DNA from: Eledone cirrhosa
Lineage: Eukaryota
Direction: 5' to 3'
DNA: 64,000 nt
Assembly: GCA_964016885.1 (NCBI GenBank)
Contig: OZ024742.1
Location: 96,224,001-96,288,000, forward strand
The notes beneath the pieces were generated by a model. It made no database searches and had not been told where the DNA came from. It saw only the letters and a list, made by a program, of their open reading frames with translations. The position numbers and the translations under genes were made by a program. Positions 1 to 13,026 of this stretch are shown in pieces. Position 1 is the first letter of the stretch, and every line of letters begins with the position of its first letter.

Positions 1-100
1 ATTTTCATTTGTATTGACATATTTTGAATGTTTTTTTAAATAAATTTTATTTATTGTTATTCTTTTTTGCCTTAAATGTGTCTATTAATTTCTTGATGTA

Positions 101-290
101 GGGCAGTGGATTAGCAGTATCGGTAGGGGATCAGACGCCATTTTTGCAGCATAGAGTTACGGCCCTTTATGGTTTGAGTTCAAATCCTGCCAAGGTTAAC
201 TTTGCCTTTCATCCTTATGGGGACAATAAAATATAATACCTGTAATGCACTGGGATAAGTGCTGGCCTTGTGCCAAAAATAGAAACAATT
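101..290 (+). mobile_element. tRNA-derived SINE, family A (ATT tail)
   Basis: Head GGGCAGTGGATTAGCAGTATCGG with B-box-like GAGTTCAAATCC, core TTTGCCTTTCATCCTT and 3' GGCCTTGTGCC..AGAAACAATT. Repeated at 4173, 37653, 45184 and 51407. Confidence 0.85.
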
Positions 291-739
291 GTAGTAGTAG
301 ATGTTGAGTTTGTAGTTGTTATTGTTGATGTTATTGTTGTTTTATGAGCTGGTGGTATTGTTGTTGTTTAACTCCAGGCTAACTTTAATCAGACATGATC
401 AAAGGTAATCTATCCATGACTATCCTATTTTGTTTTTCCCATATATAAAAGCTGGTACGATATTCTTTCATGAATGATTGTTTTTTTAAAGACAGCAGAG
501 TGGAATTTGAAGGAGATTTTACTACTATCTCTATGTGCTTAATGTTGTCTTTGTCATAGTGTTTGGTATTATTTGTAATTGTAGCAGTTGTGGTATTGCA
601 GATGTTGTGTAATTTTATTTGCTGTGATTAGAGTTGTGGTGCAGAAGTTGTTGAATTGTAATTGCTGTGGTATTGTTATAGTTGTATTGTTGTAGTTGTG
701 GTATTGTCTGAATGGCAGTAGTGGCATTGTCTGTGTTGC

Positions 740-1190
740 AGTTGGGGTATTATCTGTGTTGTAGTTGTGGTATTGTCTGTGTTGTAGTTGTGGTATGTTC
801 CATGTTGTAATTGTGGTATTGTCTGTGTTGTAGTTGTGATATGTTCCATGTTGTAGTTGTGATATGTCCCATGTTGTATTTGTGGTTTTGTCTGTGTTGT
901 AGTTGTGATATGTTCCATGTTGTAATTGTGGTATTGTCTGTGTTGTAGTTGTGATATGTTCCATGTTGTAATTGTGGTATTGTCTGTGTTGTAGTTGTGG
1001 TATGTTCCATGTTGTAATTGTGGTATTGTCTGTGTTGTAGTTGTGATATGTCCCATGTTGTATTTGTGGTTTTGTCTGTGTTGTAGTTGTGATATGTTCC
1101 ATGTTGTAATTGTGGTATTGTCTGTGTTGTAGTTGTGATATGTTCCATGTTGTAGTTGTGGTATTGTCTGTGTTGTAGTTGTGGTATTAC
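740..1190. repeat. Minisatellite of two alternating 23-bp monomers (46-bp period)
   Basis: GTTGTAGTTGTGGTATTGTCTGT alternates with GTTGTAGTTGTGATATGTTCCAT. It degenerates leftward to ~580 and explains the repetitive ORFs. Confidence 0.9.
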
Positions 1191-1914
1191 TTGACATTGT
1201 AGTATTGGTTCTATGATGAGAACCTTTTGTTTTAATGTTTAAATCTTCCACTATAATTCTATCGTCATCATCATCATCATCATCGTTTTAACATCCACTT
1301 TCCTTGCTGGCAAGGGTTTGACAGGTCTACATAGACCAAGTCAGTACTGAAGTGAGGGTACTGATCTCCCAGATATCAAGAGATTTGCATCTCACTTAAG
1401 TTTGGTCTCACATTCTACCGAGTGCACAGAAGACGTTGTCATGCCTTTGACACAACTGATGAGTCCTTCCGACTCTTTGTTTGGTAAGCTTTCTATGGTC
1501 AATGATAATGGTTATTTTAATAAATACCTCTAAATATTTGGTTATTTTGAAAATTAATGGAAAATGAGACAGTATATATCATTAGAAATGTGGTAACAAA
1601 ATGGTTAATGTAGAAATCTTCAGGCATAGCAGAGTTTAAATGGGTTTATGTATAATTGACATAAAACAGCATAAAATAACATACATATTGCCATTGGATT
1701 ATTTTTTATCTCTATAGATTTATGATGGAAAGATGTTAGATAATTATAATCACTTTAAACCAGTTTTGTATGATAGAAGCAAGAGCAGCTTCTGGCAGTA
1801 TTAAAACAAATTAGTTTAAGCTTTTTTTTTTATACAGAAAATGTGAAATAATTCCTCTGCCTAAATAATACAATATATGTTAAATTATACATTATATCTG
1901 AACAGATAAGCAAA

Positions 1915-2325
1915 CTGAGTGAAAAACTTGGCATGAAAGGAATTGGTTGAAGTGTGCAACAGAGAAGACTGCATTAGTATGGCCAAGTGATGTGCATGGT
2001 AGTTGACAGCTTCATAAAGAAATGCATAGAAACCCCAATGGCTAGGACTCATGGAAGATGCAGACCCAGGAAGACATGGGACGAGGTTGTAAGGACTGAC
2101 CTTAGAAGCTAAACCTTACAACAGAAATGACTAAAGGCCGTGGGGGCTGGCGCTACACAGCGATGAAGAAGAGCCGGTCTGCAGCTTACAGTGTGACCAT
2201 ACATGAGTGCACAGGTCCTTGGCTTGCATGGGAGATCATTGACTCTGCTTCAGTATGAAATTGGTCTATATGGTCCCATCTGACTCTTTCTAGCAGGGAA
2301 AGTGGATGTTAAAATGACAATGATG
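1915..2325 (+). mobile_element. Degenerate RTE-clade LINE 3' end
   Basis: Decayed ERRL.YG.VM, RPRKTWDEVV..DL, then the AGCAGGGAAAGTGGATGTTAAAATGA tail shared with other copies. Confidence 0.75.
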
Positions 2326-2537
2326 ATATTCAATCCTGTACTGCATCTGTACAAATATGTATTTAACTGTTACAGCTTAAATCATATTCTCTATTGCGTC
2401 CATGCAGATATATTTTTTACTTTTACAATATATATTAAATCCTGTACTTCAACTGTACAGATATGTATTCATCTGTTACAGTATTTTTAGCTAGAAATTC
2501 ATGATATTTCGTGAATACATTATTATCATACTCAATA

Positions 2538-2918
2538 CGGAGGAACATGGCTTAGTGGTTAGAGAATTGGCTTTGCAATCGAAATGTTGTGAGTTCAATT
2601 TTCAGACCAGGTGATGTGTTGTTTTCTTGAGCAAGACACTTTATTTCACATTGCTCTAGTTTATTCAGCTGTAGAAATGATATGATAGGGACTGGGTCCC
2701 TATCATTCCACTGCAAAATGGTCGTGGAGGTGCCACGGCAAAAATGTACCCAGCCCACACTGCAAAGTGGCGCCACGGAAAAAAAAGCACCAAGCCCTCA
2801 CTGTAAATGAGGTTGGTGTTAGGAAAGGCATCCAGCTGTACAAATCAAGCCAAAATCAGTTCCCATCCCACCCTTGCAAGCAGGGAAAAGTGGACATAAA
2901 ATGAAATGATGATGATGA
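2538..2918 (+). mobile_element. tRNA-derived SINE, family B (RTE-derived 3' tail, (GAT)n end)
   Basis: A-box TGGCTTAGTGG, B-box GAGTTCAATT, core CTTGAGCAAGACACTTTATTTCACATTGCT. The 3' part matches the 3' UTR of the RTE LINEs at 35.8 and 42.7 kb. Confidence 0.88.
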
Positions 2919-3349
2919 ATACGAAATATGAAGTTACAATCTTTAATTGTATAGAAAACAAGGATTGTCCATTCTGATACCTCATCAGCAAGAAACCTTT
3001 CTTTAAAATAAACAAATTGATTTATAAAAGTCAAAGATGAAATTGCATCTACTGTTACATTTTGATCATACTGTGATCATACATTTGATCATACATTTTG
3101 ATCATACATTTTGATCATACTTATCAACAAGGCTGGATTAAAGCAATCATTGGCTAAAGAAATTTTGAGGCCTTAAGTACCAGCTAAGAAGAAACCTAAT
3201 GAAATTTAAAAGTATTAAATATAAGCTAAAACAGAGAACTATGCTTGGATTTCAGTTTTGGTCTATGATAGCTTCTAAAACATTAGTGACACCCAAAGAA
3301 AACAGAATGTATTTAATTACAATTATAATAATCTAAATTGTGAATTTAG

Positions 3350-3466
3350 TAAAAGTTTTGTTAAGCAGTTCCAAATGGACTTATGGGCTATGTTTTAAGC
3401 ATACATTTAATATATACTTAAAGCATAGCCCATATGTAAATCTGGAATTGCTTAACAAAACTTTTA
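3350..3466. repeat. Imperfect ~115-bp hairpin
   Basis: TAAAAGTTTTGTTAAGCAGTTCCA...GGGCTATG pairs with CATAGCCC...TGGAATTGCTTAACAAAACTTTTA. Confidence 0.8.
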
Positions 3467-4172
3467 ATTTGTAACTCCTTGTAGCATGATCTATCAGATA
3501 CTTATCTTATTAAGTTTGGTCTCTCACAATCTGAAGTGAATTAATTGTTGTCTGGCCAGTCTATTGCACAATCTTACTTGAAATAGTCTGTTCTTCAAAG
3601 GCATCAGTTAAAACCTGTAAAGTTACTTTGTATGTGATATTTATCAATTAATTATGATAACAATTAGCTAGAGGGTTATTTGACTTATCTTCTTCAAAGT
3701 ATGTACTCAGTGCCCAATATATTTTTATACTATTGCCTGCTGTGTTAAGTGTCTAGACAACTATCTAACTTCAATAAGAGGTCTGATAACAATAGCTTCA
3801 GTTTCAATGACCTCTGGATGTTTTGTAAATTTAGCTGTAGTTAGATAATACACAGTAAAGTTTTTGCACATTAAAGATTCACTATCTCTCATTAACTTGA
3901 CATCGCTGCATGTATCACAAGTTCCTCATATCTTCACCATGCCATGCACAGTGTTACTGAACTGGGTCTGGAATGTTCTGTGTCAATCTTGTTAAAACAT
4001 CATAACCTCTGCTATTCAACATTATCTTGACATCTTTCCATACTTAACAAATACCTACTCCTTCCTTATATATTATACAATGTTGCTGAATGAAGTGTGA
4101 AATATCCTGTGTTACCCTTGTTAAAATATCACTATTTCTGCCCAACATTATCTATATTCCATCATTTAGAAA

Positions 4173-4355
4173 GGTGGATTGGCAGTATAGGTAGAGGGTC
4201 GGACGCCATGCTTTCCAGCATAGTTACGTCCCTTTATGATCTGAGTTCAAATCCCACCGAGGTTGACTTTGCCTTTCATCCTTACGGGGTCGATAAATAA
4301 AGTACCAGTAATGCACTGGGTGATTGCTGGCCTTGTGCCTAAAGTAGAAATAATT
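4173..4355 (+). mobile_element. SINE family A with 18-bp TSD
   Basis: Family A sequence; ATTATCTATATTCCATCA is duplicated at 4147-4164 and 4353-4370. Confidence 0.9.
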
Positions 4356-5384
4356 ATCTATATTCCATCAGACAGAAACTATGCTTTGATTGGTCTTTTC
4401 CTTGCTGATACTATCTGCTGGCTGCATCTTTTGAAAGAAGCATCAAAACTTTTCAGGTGACAGGAGAAAGGATTTGAACTGGAAATGCACAGACATGGAA
4501 CATATGAGATATTCCAAAACACCACATCAGACACATTAACAATTTAACCAATCTAACACACTATCCACTTGGCTATTGGCCTTCTCTCTGTTGACCAATT
4601 GACAGGATTTTATTCAATATGAATGATCTCACATATTATAAATTGTATCTGAATAACAACGTTAGATGATTTGACATAGAGAAGGCAAAGCCATAGAAAT
4701 TATGTTGTATTAGGAACGGCTAAATATAACTTATTTATGGGAGATTTAGATAAATATTTATACATACACACAAACAGAAGCACTCACAAAAACACATACA
4801 TATACACAAACATGTGTATACATATGTTTGCGTGTGTTTGACTGGAAGTATTGTTACAAATGTGCATGTGTAAGCTCAATTTCATATATACACACACACA
4901 CATATATATATACATATATAAAGACACATATATACATGTACATATGTCTATTTACATAAATATACATATAAATAAACACATATACATATATTTTTTCACA
5001 TTTCTATATATCTGGATGCCTATGTGTATATATGTATGTGCATATATATATATGTATATAATTATTGGTAGACAAATGTAGACAAAGAGAAGAACACAAG
5101 CTTAATTAGTTATGAAGAAAGTAGTTTTATGAAGGTGTAATCAAGTATAGAATGAACACCTACAGCTGGTCAGAAGTTCTTGTTCTTCAACATGAAATTC
5201 AATTAGAGTTTTAGCTTCCAAATATTGCAAATTAGCTCCACTTTGATAGTTCTGTAGTCTGCTAGAGTTTAATTCTCAGAGATGACTCAATGTAGCTTAG
5301 AAAGGCATGCTTTATGTACATCCCAAGAAACTAAGATATATGTACATATGGATGCACACTCAGACACACACATATATATATATA

Positions 5385-5734
5385 TCATCATCATCATCAT
5401 CATCATTTCATTTTACGTCCGCTTTTTCCCTGCTTGCAAGGGTGGGACGGGAACTGATGCTGGCTTGATTTCTACAGCTGGATACTCTTCCTAACACCAA
5501 CCTCATTTACAGTGAGTGCTGGGTGCTTTTTTGCCGTGGCACCTCCACGACCACTTTGCAGTGGAATGATAGGGACCCCGGTCTCTATCATCTCATTTCT
5601 ACAGCTGAGTAAACTGGAGCAATGTGAAATAAAGTGTCTTGCTCAAGGAAACAACACATCACCAGGTCTGAGAATTGAACTCACAACCTTTTGATTGCAA
5701 GGCAAATGCTTTAACCACTAATCCATGTGCCTCC
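5385..5734 (-). mobile_element. SINE family B
   Basis: Reverse-complement match to 2538-2918, with a (CAT)n tail. Confidence 0.88.
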
Positions 5735-5744
5735 ATATATTTAT

Positions 5745-5854
5745 TTATATTTATTAAAATAACAGATTAAAGTTTAAGCAAAGACTTATATATTTGATAT
5801 ATATTTATCCTTATCGAGCCCTCTTTGGATTTCAGTCTTCAAATTTATTATTAT

Positions 5855-5860
<6 letters not shown>
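5745..5860. mobile_element. Internally deleted copy of the (TA)n-associated element at 41825-42020
   Basis: TTTATTAAAATAACAGATTAAAGTTTAAGCAAAGA joined to CTTATATATTTG...TTATTATTATTAC(TA)n; near-identical to the 41.8-kb copy. A diverged inverted relative is at 6610-6660. Confidence 0.7.
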
Positions 5861-5894
<34 letters not shown>

Positions 5895-6089
5895 AGTATA
5901 TGTTGGTTGTTTACCAAAACCTCAGTATGCAGGCTGGAGCACTCGACGAAGTATACAGGTTGCTTTGTTTACTCCGGAGTAATGTAAAATAAGTAAGTCA
6001 AACATGTAAAATTTGGCTTCATTTACTATAAATTCTCAGCTATATATATTTTGGTGACAGCTATTATTAGCTGTGACCTCTTCATGAAA

Positions 6090-6460
6090 TCCCACAATTT
6101 CCTAGGTGTTCCTTTTCCATAGTTTCAGACGTCTTCAAGCACCTGCACTTCTTATGCAGCCATCATCCTTCACATGATTTACACGTCCATATTACTGCAG
6201 TCTCCTCTCTTACACACTGTATCTAATGCTTACTATGTTCTTTTTTAGTTCATTGTTGGTCTATCATTCATGCCCACTATTATTACACATCCATCAGAGC
6301 AAGTTTGCCTCATTTCTTTCCAATCTTCATAGCCCAAGTCTTACTTACATGCAGCATTATTGTTTGCACACAAGCATCATACCATCTGCTTTTCATTCTG
6401 GGGAAAAAGCTCTTTGTAGCTAACAGTAGCTATAACTCCTCAAACAATTTTCAACTATGC
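6090..6460 (-). mobile_element. Old RTE LINE fragment
   Basis: Degenerate similarity to the RTE C-terminal region of the 21.7, 36 and 43 kb copies. Confidence 0.6.
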
Positions 6461-6557
6461 ATGTGACTATCTTCAGAAGGAAAGTTTTAAAGTAAGCTTA
6501 ACATGATACAATTTGAAGAATTGAGAAGTGTGACCAAGTAGTATGTTGACCTTATAT

Positions 6558-6589
<32 letters not shown>

Positions 6590-7061
6590 TTAACATCTAT
6601 TATATATATAGTAATAATAAATATAAAGACCAAAGTCCGAAGAGGGTTCTATAAGGATTATATATATATAAAAAAAAATGTTCGCTCTACATGGCTGAAT
6701 ACAATAAATGTAATCTGAGTTTTTCGATTATTAATAATAACATTCGATTTGTTTTGCAATTATGCAAACAAGCCTCATTTTTAAAGCCATGTCAGTAGAA
6801 TGAACCCTTCATTCTTGCTCTTGTGTTGGCATGTAAACAGAACTGCAGACACTAAAGTTTCTGGGTATCACCCTTCATTAGTACAGCTCACTGATTACCT
6901 GCCAACCTGTTGAGCAAATAACTATTATTTGCACAGAGTAAAGTTTAAGCATAGAATTTCTTCTATACAGGATCTTCAGAGGATCCTGTATAGGGTGAAA
7001 GCAGAAATTCTTTGCTTAAATAGCATATATTTTCACTAGCTCTGACAGTTGGAAGATCATT

Positions 7062-7102
7062 GAGAGAGAGAGAGAGAGAATGAGAGAGAGAGAGAGAGAG
7101 GG

Positions 7103-7167
<65 letters not shown>
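7062..7167. repeat. (GA)n microsatellite
   Basis: Directly visible. Confidence 0.95.
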
Positions 7168-7171
<4 letters not shown>

Positions 7172-8589
7172 ATGATTGCCTTTAACTTTTCATTTCAAAG
7201 CTCTAAAATGTTTATTTTCGTCAGAATCACTTTTTTTCTGTTAATCTTTAAGTCATGTGTTTCTCGTATCCTGTAATTTGGTTACTGTTTGTGTCATGTT
7301 TCTATGTTGCTTTGATGTTTATAATCTCTTGGCCAGTAAGATTCTTAACATAGTTGTTGACTATTTTTCTCTTCTTTTAATTCTATTTTTGCAGTTAAAT
7401 GTTTTGCAAGATGAACGAAAATCGAAAATGTTTTTTGATAGGTTCCTAATAAGAGTACACTTCAATTTAAATAGGGTTTTGTTGCATCCAATTGATGTCT
7501 CCAGAAACCTCCACCTTGGATTCCACAAATGAGAGTTTTCTACTCACTGTTTAGTTCTTGTTTTTGAATTTAAGAAACAAATAAGTCATCTTCTATTGTG
7601 AATTCCTTAAGTTCAGTTTTGTTTCTGTGATGATGACGAACATTTTATTCACATATTTGATTTTACTACTCTGATTCCAGACTAGATGAAACTGACCCCT
7701 AATTTAAAATGTATATATATTTATGTTTAAAAACACTTCCATTATAACTTAATGTAAGAACCATTGTTAATTTAATACCAAGCAGCAACTTAATAATGAG
7801 AAAGTGTAATATGGTATTAAATCCCTCCAAATTCTTAATTATTTAAAAAAAAATCATTTCAGTGTCTTTCATGAAAAGGGTTATCAACACTTTTGATACC
7901 AATCAAGCCTAAAACCCTTTCTGGTTCTATAAAACAACCACACATTTTAAAGGATTCTTATTTGAACTAAAATCTTGCAATATAATTTTATATAAAAATC
8001 TTCTGTTGAGTTATATTACTAGCACTTCTTAATGAAATAATTAACAATTTTAGTAAATCCATCATAATTCATAAAATGTTTAGATACTGAGTGATATTTT
8101 CTTGGGAGCTAGAGGTGTCACCTATTGCTCCATCTCTCCAAGTAGTTTACTACTGTTGGTCTGGGGTTGCTTATTTGTCCGCCAGTTGCCTGCTTATATC
8201 ACAGCAAGCCATCATATCGGCTGGCCATATAGCTATCTACCACTGGCAACCTGTTCTCTACCAAGAACCCAGTGATGTAGCTACAACAAGGCGAGTAAAG
8301 GCCGTCTCTAAAAAAGCCTAGTCATCGTGGGTTTGACAAAATACAAGATTGGTGACTGGCACGAATAAGACCACTGAAACTGAAACTTGATGCGGAAAAT
8401 GAATATGAAACCATACTGCATTGTCCTATGCATGGGTTAACAAGGGACATGTTCAGGCCTTTTATAGAGGGGCTTGTTTGAAAAATATATTGCAATCTCC
8501 ATTCCATGCTGCAAAAAACTAGCAATGGGCCTGCGACCTGTCATGAGAGGCATGAGATGGGTGCACTAAGATTGCATAAGACCCCAAAG

Positions 8590-10495
8590 AGGGAATGAAA
8601 GGGAGGAAATATTAATAGTTGGAGCCTGGAACATCACAACCTTACAGGTAAAGAGCAGGATCTAGTGTAGGAGGCTAGATGCTACTGGCTAGATATAGTT
8701 GGCGTTTCCTCAACAATGTTCCATGGCTCTGGTACTGTAGATTCGGATGGAGGAAGGAAAAGCCACTATTCAGGTGTGGCACCAGAAATGACTGCACAGG
8801 CATGAGTGGTGTCATAATATGTTATAAACTGGGTGTTGTTAGGAGGGTGGATTTGTCTCTTGAAGTTTAGGCTGAAAGATAGGTCTCTGTGGGTGGTGAA
8901 AGTTTATGCATCAAACAAGGAATCTGAATACAGGTCCTTCCTTAATGAAGTCACTGCAATGTTAGATGTAGTTATGACTGAGTCATATATCCCAATGGGA
9001 AACTTCAATGCACATGTTGGCACTGACCACCTGACATGCAAAGGAGTGGCTGGAAGGATTGATGATCCCAATTTATATACACATGGAGAGGCCTTATTTG
9101 ACTTCTGTTCTAGCAATGGACTCTCTATTATGAACACCTTTTTCCAGCACAGGGACATCCATAAATATACATGGTATGGGGGGAATCAGGGACAGAGATC
9201 AATAATTGATTTTGTTATTGTCTCTGATCTCTTTGATTCTGTGCTGGATGTTATTGTTATCAAAGGGATTGAGCTGTCAACTGATCACCATCAAGTTATC
9301 TGCAACTTGAGATTTGGGGGCCAAGTAAGCCCCCAAAACTGGTAGGTCCAGGGCAACCTACAGGATAAAGTGGGAAGCATTGGTGGATAAGCAAGTCAGG
9401 ACCAGGTATTCAGATACTATTGCATCCAATTTCAGAGAACTCTCTGAGCAAACTGAGGATGTTGAGACAATGTGGAGATTGTTCAGTGCTGCAGTTTCTG
9501 CTTCAACTGTTAAATGCTGTGAACGAATGAGACATAGTGTGGCACCAGATGGCAGTAGCACCCCTTGGTTCAATCTAGAGGTCAAAGATGCCATTTGAGC
9601 AAAGAAGGAGGCTTACAAAGCTTGGCTTGGAAATTAGTCCTACTTCTTGCACTTGCAGTACAAACAAGCAAGAAGAATCACAGCAGAGATAGTAAAGGGG
9701 CCCAAAGTTAAGACATTTGAGGACTTTGGGGTTAAGCTGGAATCTAACTTCATAATAAGAAGCCTTCCTCCACACCTGCTATCAAGAATGCATCTGGGAT
9801 CCTCCTCTCTTCAGAGAAGTGCATCCTCACAAGGTGGAGAGAATACTTTGCTGATCTCCTAAACCTGATCAAAACACCATCTTTTTATGCACACTAGGTG
9901 CATCTGGGAGTGGTGACTAATCTCTCAGGCTGACGTCACTGGGGAAGAGGAAATCCTGCCATAGATGTTAAAAGCTTTATATAGTGAAGGTATACTTTCG
10001 CTGACTCATATGTGCCAGGTGGCCTCAATCTCTGGAAAGGCACCTAAGAAATAATAATCAGGAGTGATAATCCAAAGTTTCAAAATGGGAGATAAGAGAG
10101 ATTGTTCCAATCACAGTTTATAAGTGTCTGGCAAAGAGATGCAGGGAAATTGTTGAGTCTAAGCTAGCTGATGAAAGTGTGGCTTTTGTTCACACAGCAC
10201 AACTGATCAAATATTCACACTGTGGCATGTCTCTTCAAGAAATCATGAGAGTATTACCAACCATATTGCCAACCATTTTGTCAAAGGTATATGATCACAT
10301 TCCTCGGGACCTGCTGCAGATGGTTGTGCTGGAGTATGGGGTCGATAGTCAGCTCCTAGTTGCCCTAATGTCTCTATATGAATGCTTGAGTATTTGTGTT
10401 CAGATAAATGTTGCTAAATTGAAACCATTCAATTTGGCAGTCAGATTCCACGAAGGATGCAAATTGTCATCTCTCCTGTTCATTATTTACATGAA
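8590..10495 (+). pseudogene. Degenerate RTE-clade LINE ORF (APE endonuclease + RT)
   Basis: APE motifs GNFNAHVG, LSIMNTFF.H...KYTW, SIIDFVIV, STDHH. RT remnants KVYDHIPR and GCKLSSLLFIIYM. Many stops and frameshifts. Confidence 0.85.
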
Positions 10496-11729
10496 GGACG
10501 ATGGACTGGCACTATTGATAGAGGATCGTACACCATGTTTTACAGCATAGAGTTATGGCTCTTTATGATCTATGTCTTTCAAGTACAAATCCCTCCAAGG
10601 TTGACTTTGCTTTTTATCGTTTCCAGTTCCATAAATGAATTACCAGTCTAGGTTTTTAGTTTGACAAAATTGTTATAATTTCAAATCGAATGCTTTGAAG
10701 AATTTGTTCCAAATCTGTGTGTTCTAAGTTCAAAGTCTCTGTAAAGTGGTGACATGATAGTACTGGGATACCAATCATTAAACACCCAATAAACCCCCTA
10801 TAAGATGCAGCCACATAAGAAACAAGCTCACCCATTATGCTGTGAGCTGTAACATTGTCATGAGGTAAACATCTTCCCCAGGTTATTTATGTCAATAGCT
10901 GACAATAAAGATGTGATGGCTATAAATTTTCTTTTTTTTTAAATGGTTTTGTATAAAGCAGAGGTCTGTGTCCCTGGCCTTCACAGGATCTTTGATACTG
11001 GTGAAATTGTCAGAGTTCTTCTTGAACAACTACATGTTGACATCTGCAAAACGTTCGGACAGGTATGGGACAAACTAAATGATATTCCAAGAAGAAAGGA
11101 CAGTCTATGGTGGTCGGAGGAGAGCCTAGAGGACAGAGTGAACATATTGTGGGTAACGTACAGAGAAAAGAAAAGTGCAGCAGGATTGCTTAAGAAGTGG
11201 TGATATGAATACAACCAGCTCAAAACCTTTCATACCAAAGCACCTGAATCATCTCTTGTTCTATGATACATCTGAAAACTATCATAATTTTGTCAGACTT
11301 TCATGTTCCAAACATTAGGTTAAAGGTAGTGTGCTTCATTATCTTCAGTAACAAAGGGGTTAATATGACAAACCAATCTGATAGCAGCAGAAAATGAAGA
11401 GACAGAAAACAGCATCCCTATGGCTCAGGGGCTGGAGTGTGTTTATAAGCAACTTCATTCAAATTAGTTGAATGGCCTTATGAATGATATTTCATAGGAT
11501 GCATGTATTTATAGTAGGAACGTTCTCATGTACAGAAGAGAAGTACATCATTGTGGATCTTATTTAAGCTTTATAAAGTGTGATCTTAAAGGAACTTTGA
11601 TTAAGTAATAGATAAGAATGTGTGTGTATACACACATACACACACACATATATATACATATATATATACATATATATATATATACAGGTGGCCCAGGTTC
11701 AATTCCCGGCATGGTAATGCATGATATAT

Positions 11730-11855
11730 TGAAGGCGTGTAGCTGATTGGTTAGAGAACTGGATTCGCAATCATAAGGTTGTCAGTTCGATTCCTGGACC
11801 GAGCAATGCATTATGTCCTTGAGCAGGACACTTTATTTCATGTTGCTCCTTCTAC
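11730..11855 (+). mobile_element. tRNA-SINE head plus core, related to family B
   Basis: TAGCTGATTGGTTAGAG...GTTCGATTCC...CCTTGAGCAGGACACTTTATTTCA. Confidence 0.7.
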
Positions 11856-12146
11856 CTGGAGTGCGACCGATACATAGTATTAGCAAATGGAAAGACCAAC
11901 GGAAACATTGTTTCCTCGGTCTGATTTGACGAAAGTCGATCGACAAAAAATATATATATATTTATACCAAGATAATAATAAATGGAAACTATATTTATAA
12001 AACCATATTTATTTTATTATATATATTACAAGGGTGACCAAGCAAATCTTGGTGCGCTTTCATCGGATAAAATACAAAATTTGTTTTATAAATAATGACA
12101 TACCCATGGAGATCACACCTTAACGGTCCAAAGATTCGCTGGATAC

Positions 12147-12392
12147 CGGGTGATGTGTTGTTTCCTTGAACAAGACACTTTATTTCACATTGCTCCAGTT
12201 TACTCAGCTGTAGAAATGAGATGATAGGACTGGGGTCCATATCATTCCACTGCAAAGTGTTCGTGGAGGTGCCACGGCAAAAAAGCACCCAGCACTCACT
12301 GTAAATGGAGTTGGTGTTAGGAAGGGCATCCAGCTGTAGAAATCAAGCCAGAATCAGTTCTCGTCCCACACTTGCAAGCAGGGAAAAGCGGA
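12147..12392 (+). mobile_element. 5'-truncated SINE family B
   Basis: Matches the body and tail of 2538-2918. Confidence 0.85.
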
Positions 12393-12462
12393 ATACATAC
12401 ATATATATAAATATTTAATTTTTGCTAGTAATAATAGTAAAAACATAGTAGTCATTAGTTAA

Positions 12463-12691
12463 CCCTTTTGAAACCAAACTGCCACCAATTCTACAATAAA
12501 ATATAATTTGTTTTAAATAGTTTATATTAATCTAAACACTTTTTATAATTTCATGTGAAGACTTTTATGCTCCAAACATCAGCTTAATAAGAGAGTTATT
12601 ACATTACAAAATCCCTTTGAATCCTTGATTATTTTCAAAATCTTTCGAAAATCACATGCTGTTTTGAATTAGATATATAATAATGAAAGGG
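12463..12691. mobile_element. piggyBac-like MITE (CCC...GGG termini, TTAA TSD)
   Basis: TTAA|CCCTTTT...AAAGGG|TTAA. Diverged relatives lie near 1215-1608, 7700-8080, 11230-11362, 46720-46925, 48590-48752 and 49113. Confidence 0.65.
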
Positions 12692-12988
12692 TTAAAATTA
12701 TATCTATTGTTGTTTACCTTAAGATGCTAGGGAATAAACACTCTAGACACAACGAAGATTGAAATATTGTGATGTGGTACTGTTAAAATTGGTAATTAAA
12801 TGAGATATATATATCTTGATTAAGTTACCTGATAATTTTGCTGTCATATAGCAGTGTATTCATTTGAGTAATGATAATAATCAAGAGTGTTCCTCACTTG
12901 TATATGTTGACAAGTCGTGTGACAATTTTAACAAATCTATACTTATGTTTGGTGACAGACTACATTGTTGGAATAAATAAGTATAAAA

Positions 12989-13026
<38 letters not shown>

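Noticed and set aside
740-1190. CRISPR-like array
   Set aside because: No unique spacers, no cas genes, eukaryotic context.
569-1251. Thr/Gln/His-rich repetitive ORFs
   Set aside because: All three minus frames are open because of the 46-bp minisatellite; no evidence of coding.
2538-2615. tRNA genes at SINE heads (also 11686, 24990, 27977)
   Set aside because: A/B boxes are present but there is no complete cloverleaf; these are SINE heads or fragments.
3500-4100. Possible very old LINE RT relic on the minus strand (also APE-like traces at 7300-7650)
   Set aside because: Only isolated motif-like words; too degenerate to support by eye.
6940-7020. Hammerhead in the small hairpin CAGAGGA...GAAA
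   Set aside because: The core deviates and no convincing stem I or III can be drawn. Kept only as a member of the 41.8-kb repeat family.
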